Positions 34,465 through 46,114 of a stretch of 64,000 bases of DNA are shown here, one piece after another. The notes under the pieces were generated by a model. The model was not told the origin of the DNA. It made no database searches and saw only the letters and a program-made list of their open reading frames with translations. How positions within the stretch are numbered: position 1 is the stretch's first letter; the number at the start of each line of letters is the position of its first letter. Made by a program: the position numbers and the translations under genes. Origin of the DNA: Ascoidea asiatica JCM 7603 (taxonomy: Eukaryota; Fungi; Ascomycota); contig BCKQ01000001.1 in assembly GCA_001600695.1 (NCBI GenBank), positions 2,389,880 to 2,453,879 on the forward strand, written 5' to 3'.

Positions 34465-34815
34465 TCATCTTACCGCTGACTACAGTCCGGAGTTTTTGAA
34501 GGACCGTGTGTTGGAAGTGATATTTTGTTTTATTTATTAATCCGTAGTTTGCGCGGTTATTTTTTGAAAAGGCTGACGTAACACGGAATAGCCATTCCTC
34601 GCGCTTGCGCACATTCTCCTCGATGCGCAACAGTTTCCACAAGGTGCGCAACAATAGTGCCCGCTGGAGCTGGCCAGAACGCTGACAGTCGTGTTCCAAG
34701 CTCCAGCGGTGCACACTTCATGCTCTGCCCGTAGCCAACACGCTCCAATAGTGCTCTGCGTGCTCTGATCAGATGCTCTCTATCATAATAGCTACGGGCA
34801 GTAAGTTAGCTTTAC
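34465..34815. other. GC-rich island with two perfect 11-bp inverted repeats in the IES4/RHO3 divergent promoter
   Basis: CCGCTGGAGCT 34661-71/AGCTCCAGCGG 34699-709, extended by GTGC/GCAC, with inner GAACGC/GTGTTC; CTGCCCGTAGC 34725-35/GCTACGGGCAG 34791-801; TTGCGCAC 34605-12/GTGCGCAA 34644-51. Confidence 0.7.
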
Positions 34816-35455
34816 CTAGTTTGCTTAACTATCAATCCATCCATTTATTCACTATCTCCTCCATATTGAAATTTCATTACATATTAAATATTAAATATTA
34901 AATGCAGAGATTACAATACAAAAATTATCACTTACTAAATATTAAATATTCAATATCAAATATAAGAAACATAAACTATAAATTATTCAAAGATTATTTA
35001 TTACTGACAATTGCTTATTACTATTCATTGCTTTTGAAATTTAGACATTATACTCTACATATTTCTAAAGTCATAATTAAAACTGTGACTCCCATTGTTA
35101 AAATATAACTCATCCAATCTACAATATTTACTACAATACTTCTATTCAAAATTACAATTTAACTCTGTATTTGTTTTCTATTTGAATTTATCTGTCTTTC
35201 TATCTGTCTATCTGTCTTTCATCAATTTTTTAACTTTGACATATTTGAGTTTTTTCTTCAATCCTGTCAATATTTTCTATAATATCAGCTTATTAAAAAA
35301 ATTTCAAACTTCTTAGTCTGTTATAAATCTTTTATAAATCATTTTTCATCAATTTATAATCTCATAAATTTTTAGAAGTTTTCTATTAGAGAAATAAAAA
35401 AGCATATATTTTTTTCATTAAAACATTTAATTTACTCATATATTATTAATTTAAA

Positions 35456-36209
35456 ATGCCTTTATGTGGAGGAGGTAAAAAACCTGGTATGTAAATCAAA
35501 TATCTTTCATCTTAATATTTATCAAATATTCAATCATTTTTGAAGACATAATTTACTAATAATTTCCTTTGTATTTCTTTATTTTTCTTTAGAACAACGT
35601 AAAATTGTTATATTAGGTGATGGTGCTTGTGGTAAAACTTCTTTATTAAATGTCTTCACAAGAGGTTATTTTCCTCAAGTTTATGAACCAACTGTTTTTG
35701 AAAATTATGTTCATGATATATTTGTTGATGGTAAACCTGTTCAATTATCTTTATGGGATACTGCAGGTCAAGAAGAGTTTGATAGATTAAGATCTTTAAG
35801 TTATAGTGATACTCATACTATAATGTTATGTTTTTCAGTAGATTCTTATGATTCTTTGGAAAATGTTCAATCTAAATGGGTTGGTGAAATTACTGATCAT
35901 TGCGAAGGTGTATCTTTAGTTTTAGTTGCTTTGAAATGTGATTTAAGAAATAATGAAGATCAAGAGAATCAAGAGAATGCTCAAAACCCTCAATCTCAAA
36001 TAAAACAACAAAAAAAATGTATAACTTATGAAGAAGGCTTAGCAGTTGCTAAAAAAATTGGTGCTTTAAGTTATTTAGAATGTTCTGCAAAAAAAAATAG
36101 AGGTGTAAATGAAGCTTTTACTGAAGCTGCAAGATGTGCTCTTAATGCAAAACCAAAAGGTGCAAATGATGAACAAGCTGATGAAAAGAAAGGTTGTATT
36201 ATCATGTAA
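35456..36209 (+). CDS. RHO3: Rho GTPase Rho3, two exons join(35456..35486,35593..36209), 215 aa
   Basis: Spliced product [52 protein letters not shown]...CIIM (CAAX). Frame is restored exactly by the intron. Confidence 0.95.
35487..35592 (+). other. RHO3 intron (106 nt)
   Basis: GTATGT donor, TACTAAT branch at 35554-60, pyrimidine tract, TAG acceptor. Confidence 0.92.
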
Positions 36210-36839
36210 TATCATTATCATCTTCACTTATAACAATTTATCTCAATTAATTTTTTGAAAAAAAAAAAACTAAATGGAATCAATCTAATCAATCTTTTAA
36301 TCTCTTCAACTATTAACCTTTCAGCCTATTAACATATTAATATATTCAATTAATCAATCAAGAGTTAAGAATTAATCTATTTATCTATCTATGAATTTAA
36401 TTACTCTTTCCAATTTAAATAAATTTTTTTACAAATTTTCTGTTTTTACTCTTCTTCATTTTATTAATTAGTTAACTTTAATCATCGTTTATCTGTTTAT
36501 TTTTTTTTTTTTTTTTTTTTTTCTTTCTTTCCAAAATTTTATTAACTTTTATCAAATATTAAATTTTTGTTATATTTTGTCGTTTTTTTTAATGTTCTAT
36601 TTTTTATTCGTTTTTCAAATTATACTTTTTCGCTCTTTAATTGATATTTTTTTTAATATATATCTTATATTAATCTAATTTTTTATTCTTTAATTTTTTT
36701 TACTTCTTTATTTCTTGTTTTTTTTTCATTTCTTTTTGAAATATCTAATAGTGAAAAAAAAATTCAGCAAAATAAAAAAAAATATCGGAATATATTTATT
36801 TTACTTTATTTATTAATATTTAATTAATATTTAGTTAAT

Positions 36840-38948
36840 TTATGAAGTTTTTAATTTTTCAACTTCTTTTTTTAAATCAATGACTAAATCTGTTAAAGTA
36901 GCAATTTTTTCATATAATTGAAATTGTTCCCAACCAATATTGTTATCAACAGCTTTTTCAATTGGTGGTATAATATCATTAATTTTTTCTTTCCAAGATT
37001 CAAAATTTGAATTAAATATTGGATCTTCCATTTCACCTAAAGCTTGAATTCTTAAAGCTCTATCAATTCTATCTTGAGCAGTTGAAATGTCTTCATCATC
37101 ACTATAAAAACCATCTTGTAAATCCCATTCATTATCAACTTCATTTGAATCATCAGAAAATCCTTTAAATCTATTATATTGAACTCTTTTAGCATCTTTG
37201 ACTTCCCTAATTGAAATATATAATAATAATGGAGAATATAAAACTAACATAACTTTATCATTAAATTTTTTAAAATTTGAATTATCTAAAATTCCAACCC
37301 AATTTAATGGTAAAAAAATCAATTCAATAACATTTAATGGAGGTACATAAACGTTTTCATCAGGAGCTCTAATATATTTTAAAGTTTTATGAGCAACAGA
37401 AGCTAAAAATTCATCAATTGCATTATCATAAATATTTTGATAAGCAGTATTATATAAAGCCATTAAAATATTTAATAAAATTACTGAAACAACAAAAGCA
37501 TAAAGTGAATATAAAATATTACCATATGGAGCAGTAAAATTTTGAAGTACATCAAATTCACTACCACCAATTACAGTTCTTAACATTACACCCATTACTA
37601 AATCAGTTATATCTCTTTTACCATCAGCAGTATCTAAACCAATAAAACCCTGTAAAAAACCTAAAATTACAATAATTAAAAGGAAAAAAAATAAAGCAGA
37701 TTCTTTCATCATTACTTTTAAAACAATAATCATTGCACCAACAAATTTATGAGCATCAAGATATAATAATAATCTTGACCACATTAATGGAGAAACACAA
37801 GCTAAAATTTTATATGAAATTTCATCATAAATTTGTTTTGAATTTTCAGATTCTTTTGATAAAGCAAAAATTCTAATTATAAACCAAATTGAAATAAAAG
37901 TATACATAATATCATTAAATACATTCCAAAAACCTAAATAATTATAACCAACATGATATAATTTTGTAATTTCATCTAAGATATAACCAAAAGTAAAAAT
38001 TGAAAAAAAAAATTCAAATATTGAAAATGGTTGAGAAACAATATGACAATTTAAAACAATTGAAAAAATTAAAAGATATAAAATTGATAAAAAAATTTCC
38101 ATAAGATTTTGATAAAGTGGAGTTTTAATTCTATCAGGATCAAAATGAGATAAGAATCTAGTTGAATTTAAATTTTTATAAAGAATATAAGTTGATGGAT
38201 CAATTTCAGATTGAATAATCCAACCTCTCCAAAGCCATTTCATACAACGTTGAAAACCAGAAGCACCAATAACAATAGTTGCATGTTGATCAACAGCTAA
38301 TTCTAAAGCATTTAAAGGAGTTGAATCTTTACCATTAATTGAAATTGAATAACGTCTTGATAACATTTGAATAAATAAATAATTTTCATCAGAAGAATCA
38401 AATTTTTCAATAATTAATTTTGAAATTTGTAAAGAAGCATATTTTCTTGATTCATATAATTCTGAATCATGTAATTCAGATAAAGATAAAGAATAATACC
38501 ATTCACTTAACTTTAAAAGAGAAAAAATTAAACAAGATTGATATTTTTTAGTTTTTAATTTTAAATCAAGATTATTACTATTACTATTACTATTATTATT
38601 ATTACCATTATCATTATCTGTATTATTATATTTGTCAGATAGACAAGCAGCATCAAGAGCTAAATTTAATGATTTTTCATTTACAATTCTTGAATCTGGT
38701 TTTGTAATTAAATCAGGATCAAATTGAATTGGAATTAATTCATCAATGAAATATTTTAAATTTAAAGTAATTCTTAAAATTTGTTTTGAATTTGGTTTTT
38801 CATAGTATGAATCATCAATTTGATTTTGTAAAGTACTATTAGTATCATGATTTTCAATATTTACATTATTATTATTTTGAATCTGATTTTGATTCTCAGA
38901 TGCTGAAAGAGAATTTAAAAAACTTTGATCTTGATCAGAATATGACAT
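36840..38948 (-). CDS. YVC1: Vacuolar TRP cation channel
   Basis: ALELAVDQHATIVIGASGFQRCMKWLWRGWI, HFDPDRIKTPLYQN, VILLNILMALY and YIRAPDENVYVPPLNVIE. ATG at 38948; the track's start is a TTG. Confidence 0.94.
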   Translation of the reverse strand: MSYSDQDQSFLNSLSASENQNQIQNNNNVNIENHDTNSTLQNQIDDSYYEKPNSKQILRITLNLKYFIDELIPIQFDPDLITKPDSRIVNEKSLNLALDAACLSDKYNNTDNDNGNNNNSNSNSNNLDLKLKTKKYQSCLIFSLLKLSEWYYSLSLSELHDSELYESRKYASLQISKLIIEKFDSSDENYLFIQMLSRRYSISINGKDSTPLNALELAVDQHATIVIGASGFQRCMKWLWRGWIIQSEIDPSTYILYKNLNSTRFLSHFDPDRIKTPLYQNLMEIFLSILYLLIFSIVLNCHIVSQPFSIFEFFFSIFTFGYILDEITKLYHVGYNYLGFWNVFNDIMYTFISIWFIIRIFALSKESENSKQIYDEISYKILACVSPLMWSRLLLYLDAHKFVGAMIIVLKVMMKESALFFFLLIIVILGFLQGFIGLDTADGKRDITDLVMGVMLRTVIGGSEFDVLQNFTAPYGNILYSLYAFVVSVILLNILMALYNTAYQNIYDNAIDEFLASVAHKTLKYIRAPDENVYVPPLNVIELIFLPLNWVGILDNSNFKKFNDKVMLVLYSPLLLYISIREVKDAKRVQYNRFKGFSDDSNEVDNEWDLQDGFYSDDEDISTAQDRIDRALRIQALGEMEDPIFNSNFESWKEKINDIIPPIEKAVDNNIGWEQFQLYEKIATLTDLVIDLKKEVEKLKTS

Positions 38949-39254
38949 ATTTGATAAAAAAAAAATAATATGGTGATGATTAATCAATATCCATACAAGA
39001 TTGACCAGAGATAAATAGATAAATAAACAAAAGAGAGTAAAACAAAACAAAATAAGAGAAGAGTAAGAAGAAAAAGAAAATTAAAAGAGAATAATCAAAA
39101 AGAAAAAGAATTCCTTTTCTTTTTAATTTAATATCAATTATTATTCATGTTATGAATTGGTATTATTCTTGATACATTAAATGAGTACCATACATAAGCT
39201 TAGAATTTTAGGTAAACTTTACTCCAGTTCTAAACAACGGTACGGTGGTGATCA

Positions 39255-39750
39255 ATTTCACTTCTCAGCCGGCTGGGCGACTCAGCGGGCGGTTCGTATT
39301 CCACTGACGAGGGTCTAAAACTTCTCAAACTGTAGTGTAGCAGCATTACACCAGTACAGTAGTGGAGGGTTCGTGCGGAGCCACCTCCACTTTGGAAAAC
39401 CGAGCATCCTGAAACCGCATTACGGATAGATTATTATCTAGGTTACGGATATACTAAATGCGGATTCAAAACTTTAGAGCCCTACATTACGCAGACCCTC
39501 TAAAATTGTAATTAGACACGTGTAATAAAGGGGTTTGAATTCCCGTGACATAAGGGGACCCACACTTTGGGTGTCATGCTTTGCGGCAGTGTTCTGCGGC
39601 GGAGGTGTGGCTCGAGAAGTGTAGATTTGGGTGCCAGCGGAGTGGTACTGTAGTGGGTCTGTGGGAGCTTGCACGTTACGTTGTTGATTCATATTTACTG
39701 CTACAGATCTCATACTCTACTTTTTCACTACCGGCACTTGTACCACAGTG
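39255..39750 (+). other. GC-rich island with multibranched nested stems in the YVC1/NST1 divergent promoter
   Basis: CACTTCTCAGCC 39259-70/GGCT(C)GAGAAGTG 39609-21 encloses GAGGGTCT/AGACCCTC, ACTGTA/TACAGT, AGTGGAGG/CCTCCACT and CCGCATT/AATGCGG. A second domain has GTGGTAC 39642-48/GTACCAC 39740-46 and GGTCTGTGG 39656-64/CTACAGATC 39701-09. Confidence 0.7.
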
Positions 39751-40156
39751 TTAGTGCTACTGTAGTTCCATTATTGGTTTTATCCCAAGAGCTTTGTGCA
39801 AATTTGTAATGCAACTACTACAAATCTGCAATTTATAAAATAATAAAATTATATCAAACCATTTGTAAATCAAAAATACACTGTATATTTGTAAGTTAAT
39901 ATATACTGAGATATTCAAATATTATACATTTAAATATATTGAAATATATTATAATATATTGAAAATTTGTATATAAATTTGATTCTATTCATTTCATTCC
40001 TTAAAATATCTCCAATTCAATTCTTTCTTAACTATTCTTATTCTGTAAGTGCCCTATCATATCCTCTGATATCCTCAATTATTTCCTCTTACCAATCCAT
40101 CTTCAAATTTTTCATAACTCAATTTTTTTCTTTCTCTTTTTTCTTTGATAACTGTT

Positions 40157-40205
40157 AATTTATATCTATCATAAACAATTTATATCTATCATAAACAATT
40201 TATAT
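40157..40205. repeat. 20-nt tandem duplication (AATTTATATCTATCATAAAC) x~2.4
   Basis: Read directly. Confidence 0.85.
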
Positions 40206-40419
40206 TAGAAATTATATTTTTTGATATTAAATCGTATTATATCATATTCTCTCTTATCATATCATATCATATCATAGCATATTATATTAAATTATATTGA
40301 TTTTCTTTTATTCGTCTTTATTTATTCATTCAATTCTTAATTGTTTAAAAACAATAATAAAAATATAATATTCTTAATTCTAACAATATTCTTTTTAAAG
40401 TTTTTAAATTTTTAAAATA

Positions 40420-43400
40420 ATGGATCATTCATCATTAAATGATTCAAAATATATAAGTGGTGATACAATCCATTTTGATTATAATCAATCTACAAATATT
40501 AATAATTCTGATAATATTTCAACAAAATCAAAAAAAAAAAAGAAAAAGAAAAGTAAAAATAAAAAATTATCAAATTCAATTGATCAATCTATTCAATCAA
40601 TTGAATCTAACCAATCAAATCAAATTATTCAAAATGATATAGATTTGGATTCAGATTATCCAACTTCAAGAACAATTTCAAAAGATTTAAATGGTGATAT
40701 ATTAATTAAAGGTTTCTCTGATTTAAATCTTAATACTAAATTAAATCAATCAATTAATTCTGATAATGATTCAATATGGAATTTAAATTTAAATTCAAAA
40801 CAAGAAGTTCAAAAAATTAAACAATTTTGGTTTGATTTACCGATTAAAAAAAAAAGACAATTAATTAATATTGATAAAGAAACAATTTTAAAAACTTTAT
40901 CAAATTCTTCTTTTAATAATTTATCATCTTTAAATTCTTTAAATTCTTTAAACCCTTTAAATTCAAATGATTTAAATTCTTCAACAAATAATAATAATAA
41001 TAATAATATACATAATAGCAATAATAATAAAGGTACTAATAATATCAATAATAGTCAATTAGTATCTCAGAATAATAATCAAAATCAAATTTCAAATTCA
41101 AAAAATAATAATGATGTAGAAAAAAATATTAATAAATTTATAAATAATACTTGTCAATGTTGTGGAAGAGACACTTCAATAATTCAAGAAGAAATGAATT
41201 TATTTATTCAGTCTTGTTGTAAACCAAATAATAAATTAAATTCAAACTTTAATTCAAATTTTAATTCAAATTTTAATTCAAATTTTAATTCAAATTTTAA
41301 TTTTAATCTAAAAATTCCAAATTTAAAAGATATAAATAATCAAGTAAATATAATTAATCAAAATAGTAAAATACCTTCTCATTCTTTCACTTCCCAAGAT
41401 ACTTTTAATGCTTTATCTTCTTTACAAAGTCAAATGAAAATTCCTTCTCAACTTATTTCTCAATCTCAAACTAAATTTCAATCTTTAAATAATCAAAATT
41501 CTCCACAGATTCAATCGTCACATCAACTTCAAAATCAAAATCAAAATAAAACCAATAATCAATCACTCATGAAATCTCAGACAAAATCTCAAAATCCATC
41601 TCAAAATCCATCCCAGAATCAATCTCAAATTTCAAATCAGAATACAGATCAAAGAATTAAATCACAAAGAAATAAACAAAATAATCGATTTAATTCTATA
41701 AATGATGATCTGTCTGTTAATGTTAATTCTTTTAGAAATTTTTTTCAAACATTTTTTCCTCAAGATCAACCTGCATTAAAAAATGTCGTGGAAGATTTAG
41801 CTCAAGATGATGGAAAAAGATTTATAGAAATTATTGAAAAAATAACTGATGCAAAAGTTTTTGAAGAAAATTCAGTAACCATTCAATCAAATAATTCAAA
41901 TAATCAAACTGTTAAATTATCTTTAAACAATAATATTAATAATATCACTAATGAATTAAATAATAATAATAGTAATAATAACAGAATCTCAAAACTTGAC
42001 CAAAATTTACTTGATAAATATTCAATTATCGAAGAAATTAAAAATGATGAAATAAATAAAATTATAGCAGATTTAAACCCTGATGTTGATAGTGATGATG
42101 AAGATGAACAAAGTGATTATGAAGGTATAAATAATCAAACTAATTCCTCTAATTATGATTCCAATGTATGTGGAATTTCAAGCCAACCTGGTATTACCAA
42201 TGAAATAGATGATGATGATGATGACGACGAAGATGATGACGATGAGGAAGTCGAAGAAGATGATGATGATGAAGAAGAAGACGATGAAAATCATGATTAT
42301 GATAATTATCAATGTAATGATAGTGAAGAAGAATATGAAGATTATGATGGCGAAGATGAAATAGATCAGCTATCAAATGAAAATGAGCATAATCATAATC
42401 ATAATCACACTCACAATCATGATCATGATATTGATCATATTCATAATCATAATCATAATCATTCAGACGAATATTTTGTTTGTCCTCATCATGGAACTCA
42501 TAGAGTCCGAGATGCCATTACTGAAAACGATGAAGAATATGAGGATGAGGATGATGAAGATGAGGACGATGATGACGATGAAGAAGAAGAAGAAGAAGAA
42601 GAAGAAGAAGAAGATGATGATGATGATCAGGAAGAAGAAGATGATGATGATGATAATGATGATGGTAAAGAAAGTCGAAGTTATGATAATCAACAAAATT
42701 TGAATCGACATCATAATCGGTCACAACCAATTCCATTAACTCCTGGGCAAATAGCTCTTGAAAATCAACTTAGATATAATGAAGGAAAAAATATTATACA
42801 ATTAATTGTTTCCAAAGTTTTCAAAGAACGATTAATTAAAGAATTCAGGCTAAAAATGGCTGAAGAAAGACAGAATTTATTTGTTCAAGAACTTGAAGAA
42901 GAAGAAAGACAAAAAAGTTTACGAGAAGCCAAAAAGCAAAAAGATAAAGATAGAAAACGATTAAAAAAATTGGAGAAAAAGCAATTAGCTGAGGAAGAAA
43001 GGAAAAAAAAAGAAGCAGCTAGATTAGAATTGGAAAGAAAAAGGGAAGAAGAATTGAAACAAAAAACTGAAGAAGGAAGAAAGAGGAAAGAAATTGAAAG
43101 ACAAAAAAGAGCCGAAGAAAAGAAAAAAATTCTAGAAAGAAAACGAGAAAATGAAAGAATTCGAAAAGAAAAAGAAGAGAAAAAAAGAAAAGAAGCAGAA
43201 GAAAAACGAAGAAATGAACTCGAAACTAAAAGAAAAATTCAAGAAGAAATAAGACTAGCAAAACTCAAAGAAGAGCAAGAAAGGAAAAGAAAGAAAGAAG
43301 AACAGGAAAGAAAAAGACAAGAAGAATTGAAAATCCAGCAACAAAAAAGGTTAAAAGAGTTGGAAGAAGAAAACAAAAAGAAAGAAATTGAAAAAGAAAG

Positions 43401-45780
43401 AATACGCTTACTAAATGAACAAAAAGAAAAAGAAACTCAAGCAAAACTTCAAAAGATCAATAAAATGGTTTCTGAAAATGAACGAGCTCAAGTTATTAAT
43501 AACAACAATCAATTAAATAAAGTATCGAATAAATCATTAAATTCAAATAAATTTTTAGTTCCATCTGCTTCTCAATCACCTATTCATTTCAACAAAACCT
43601 CAAATGGTAACTCATACGTAAAAAAATCTTCTATTAATATTCCTAATAGTTACGAAACAAAAAACTCTTCGAGCACTAGCGTTAACAATCAAGATATTTC
43701 TAGTAATAATGGGTATGCAAATAATATGAATATGATAGGCTGCAATTCACCTAACAATTTAAACATGAACTCAGCACATATCTCTCATTCCGAGAATATA
43801 TTAGGTCCTTCTAATTTATCGCATCCGAACTCATCACATCCTAATTTATCAACAAATTTACAAATGAGTTATCCATCAAATTTTGGATTACAGTCGAATA
43901 ATCAAACTAATTTAGGGCCTATGGTTATTTCTCATATATCTCAAAATCTACCGTCCATGTTACCATCAGGGGTCCAATCAAATTTTCAATCAAATGTTCA
44001 GATTAATTCCCAAAATATTACACCTTCCATTGATGCTAATTCGCAGTCATCTTTATTAACCTCCAATTTACCTCCAGGACTTTCAACCTCTTCAACATCT
44101 AATTTACACTCCTCTTTATCCTCGGGAATTTCGACTAATTTGCAATCTAATTTGCAGTCTAATATGACAACAACATCAAATGTAAATTTAGGATCGACTT
44201 TATTACCAGTAAGCCAAACTCTTCAATCTAATATCCCTGGACGTTCTCCTTTATTCAATGGTATCAATCTAAATTCTGTTAATATGAATAATAATCCTAA
44301 TAATTCTATCAATTCCATCAATTCAAATAATTTTTTAAATCTACCTAATTCCATGGATTCTACTAATTCTAATCAATCGATAAATTCTCTCAATCTTATC
44401 AATTCCATGAATCCCCTTGCAGGCTCTATGAATTCAATAAATACTATGAATCCTATAAACCAGATGAATAATTCGACTACAAATAGCTTACTAGGATCTT
44501 CTAACTTAAATTTAAATCTAACTTCTTCCCCTTTAGTAGAAAAGTATGGTTTAAATAAAGTCTCAAGTGAAATTGCGTTACCAAATAATAATAATAATAA
44601 TAATAATATCAATAATATCAATAATAATAATAATGATGCAATTTGGGGAGCAGCTTCAAACGTAACAGTTCCTTCTAGTGCTAGTACTGCTACTACAAGA
44701 AGTTCCAGTATCCGAGATAGTCCAAATTTATATTCAATTGCTATTGGAAATACAGTAGGAAATAATGGGAATAATGATATTATAGGAGGAAATGTTGTTC
44801 ATACACCAATTCGTAATAATACTAGTTTATTTTTTGGAAATAACTCATCGCTTACGCCTAACAACAATTCAAGTAATAACGTGAATAACGTTAATAATCT
44901 TACTAATGGAACTAATAAATTAAGCACTTCAGTTTCAATTTCTGGATCTGGAACACCTATTAAAAGCGAAAATAATAACATTTGGGGAAACAACCTAAAT
45001 AATATTAATAATCTCAATAATGTTAATAATATTGGAAACATTAATTTAAATACTCCAACTAATGGAATCACTGGTAATTTTAATTTTGCCAACAGCTTCA
45101 ATAATAATTTTAATAATAACCTCAATCTTAGGTCAAATTCTCTATGGGGTAGCGAATTAAGTAATAATAGTAATACTAATAATATCACTAATACTAATAA
45201 AAATACTAATAGTAATAATGGTAATGTTAATACTAGTACTAATAACAATACTAATATTCATAATAATAATAATAGCAATAGTAATATTCATAATAATGTT
45301 AATATTCATAATAACAGTAATACTAGTAATAATGGCAATAACAGTAGTGGATCCATCTGGGGAGGTTCTTCCAATAATTTGAGTAATAATCTATCAGGTG
45401 TTTCAAGTGGATATTTCAAGAACAGTTTAGATCTTGAAACAAATAATTCAATTGGAAGTAATGATATTCTAAAAAGAGATATTGGAAGCAATAAAGTTAG
45501 TAGTGATGATAATCGTGGCGAGGAGTTGTTAATGAATAAAATCTTTGAAGCGTATGAATTATTAAATCAAAGTAATAATGTTGAAAATGGATGGGTTCAA
45601 AGCCAGAATTTATTCCAAACAACAAGAAATTTATCCAATATTGGTGGATTGACATTGAGTGGTTTTGCATCAATAATTGTCAATCAAGGGAATAATAATA
45701 ATAATAAATATAATATTAGTTATCATCCTATAAATGGACCAATCTCTCATATAAAAGTTGAATTGAGAAGGAGATTTTAG
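40420..45780 (+). CDS. NST1: Stress response protein Nst1
   Basis: YPTSRTI, SIWN...KIKQFWFDL...IDKETIL, CQCCGR, DDGKRFIEIIEK, EGKNIIQL...RQNLFVQELEEEE plus a charged coiled coil. Adjacent to RHO2, as in S. cerevisiae. Confidence 0.9.
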   Translation: MDHSSLNDSKYISGDTIHFDYNQSTNINNSDNISTKSKKKKKKKSKNKKLSNSIDQSIQSIESNQSNQIIQNDIDLDSDYPTSRTISKDLNGDILIKGFSDLNLNTKLNQSINSDNDSIWNLNLNSKQEVQKIKQFWFDLPIKKKRQLINIDKETILKTLSNSSFNNLSSLNSLNSLNPLNSNDLNSSTNNNNNNNIHNSNNNKGTNNINNSQLVSQNNNQNQISNSKNNNDVEKNINKFINNTCQCCGRDTSIIQEEMNLFIQSCCKPNNKLNSNFNSNFNSNFNSNFNSNFNFNLKIPNLKDINNQVNIINQNSKIPSHSFTSQDTFNALSSLQSQMKIPSQLISQSQTKFQSLNNQNSPQIQSSHQLQNQNQNKTNNQSLMKSQTKSQNPSQNPSQNQSQISNQNTDQRIKSQRNKQNNRFNSINDDLSVNVNSFRNFFQTFFPQDQPALKNVVEDLAQDDGKRFIEIIEKITDAKVFEENSVTIQSNNSNNQTVKLSLNNNINNITNELNNNNSNNNRISKLDQNLLDKYSIIEEIKNDEINKIIADLNPDVDSDDEDEQSDYEGINNQTNSSNYDSNVCGISSQPGITNEIDDDDDDDEDDDDEEVEEDDDDEEEDDENHDYDNYQCNDSEEEYEDYDGEDEIDQLSNENEHNHNHNHTHNHDHDIDHIHNHNHNHSDEYFVCPHHGTHRVRDAITENDEEYEDEDDEDEDDDDDEEEEEEEEEEEDDDDDQEEEDDDDDNDDGKESRSYDNQQNLNRHHNRSQPIPLTPGQIALENQLRYNEGKNIIQLIVSKVFKERLIKEFRLKMAEERQNLFVQELEEEERQKSLREAKKQKDKDRKRLKKLEKKQLAEEERKKKEAARLELERKREEELKQKTEEGRKRKEIERQKRAEEKKKILERKRENERIRKEKEEKKRKEAEEKRRNELETKRKIQEEIRLAKLKEEQERKRKKEEQERKRQEELKIQQQKRLKELEEENKKKEIEKERIRLLNEQKEKETQAKLQKINKMVSENERAQVINNNNQLNKVSNKSLNSNKFLVPSASQSPIHFNKTSNGNSYVKKSSINIPNSYETKNSSSTSVNNQDISSNNGYANNMNMIGCNSPNNLNMNSAHISHSENILGPSNLSHPNSSHPNLSTNLQMSYPSNFGLQSNNQTNLGPMVISHISQNLPSMLPSGVQSNFQSNVQINSQNITPSIDANSQSSLLTSNLPPGLSTSSTSNLHSSLSSGISTNLQSNLQSNMTTTSNVNLGSTLLPVSQTLQSNIPGRSPLFNGINLNSVNMNNNPNNSINSINSNNFLNLPNSMDSTNSNQSINSLNLINSMNPLAGSMNSINTMNPINQMNNSTTNSLLGSSNLNLNLTSSPLVEKYGLNKVSSEIALPNNNNNNNNINNINNNNNDAIWGAASNVTVPSSASTATTRSSSIRDSPNLYSIAIGNTVGNNGNNDIIGGNVVHTPIRNNTSLFFGNNSSLTPNNNSSNNVNNVNNLTNGTNKLSTSVSISGSGTPIKSENNNIWGNNLNNINNLNNVNNIGNINLNTPTNGITGNFNFANSFNNNFNNNLNLRSNSLWGSELSNNSNTNNITNTNKNTNSNNGNVNTSTNNNTNIHNNNNSNSNIHNNVNIHNNSNTSNNGNNSSGSIWGGSSNNLSNNLSGVSSGYFKNSLDLETNNSIGSNDILKRDIGSNKVSSDDNRGEELLMNKIFEAYELLNQSNNVENGWVQSQNLFQTTRNLSNIGGLTLSGFASIIVNQGNNNNNKYNISYHPINGPISHIKVELRRRF

Positions 45781-46114
45781 ATTAAGTGATGAATTCATCA
45801 ATGTGTTTTTCACCTTGATGCTTTTTTCATCTTTGAATCAGTCATTTGGTTGTTTGTTTTTTATTTAACAGTTAGTCACTGTGATCTTGTGTTTTTAAGT
45901 TTTATCAATTTTTGTTTTATTGATTTCTTTTTTAGTGTTTTAAAAAAAATTATTATACTGTATATTCAACTTCATTTTTATTTTAAAAAAAAAAAAATTA
46001 AAATTTCATTTTGCATTCTTAAAACTTTTATTCTCTCATATTTTAACTTCTGTAATGGCAGTATAATCAACCTATTTTTGTGTTCTTACTAAAAGAGACC
46101 TTTATTTCATCCAA

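Noticed and set aside
34445-34748. Short ORFs within GC islands (also 7867-8094, 22440-22634, 27587-27775, 39474-39713, 56276-56479)
   Set aside because: Stops are rarer in GC-rich DNA. There is no recognisable motif and the codon usage is unlike real genes here.
39606-39614. Crz1 CDRE-like GTGGCTC near YVC1, implying a local CRZ-YVC1 calcium regulon
   Set aside because: Imperfect short match expected by chance in a GC island. Co-location is explained by ancestral synteny.
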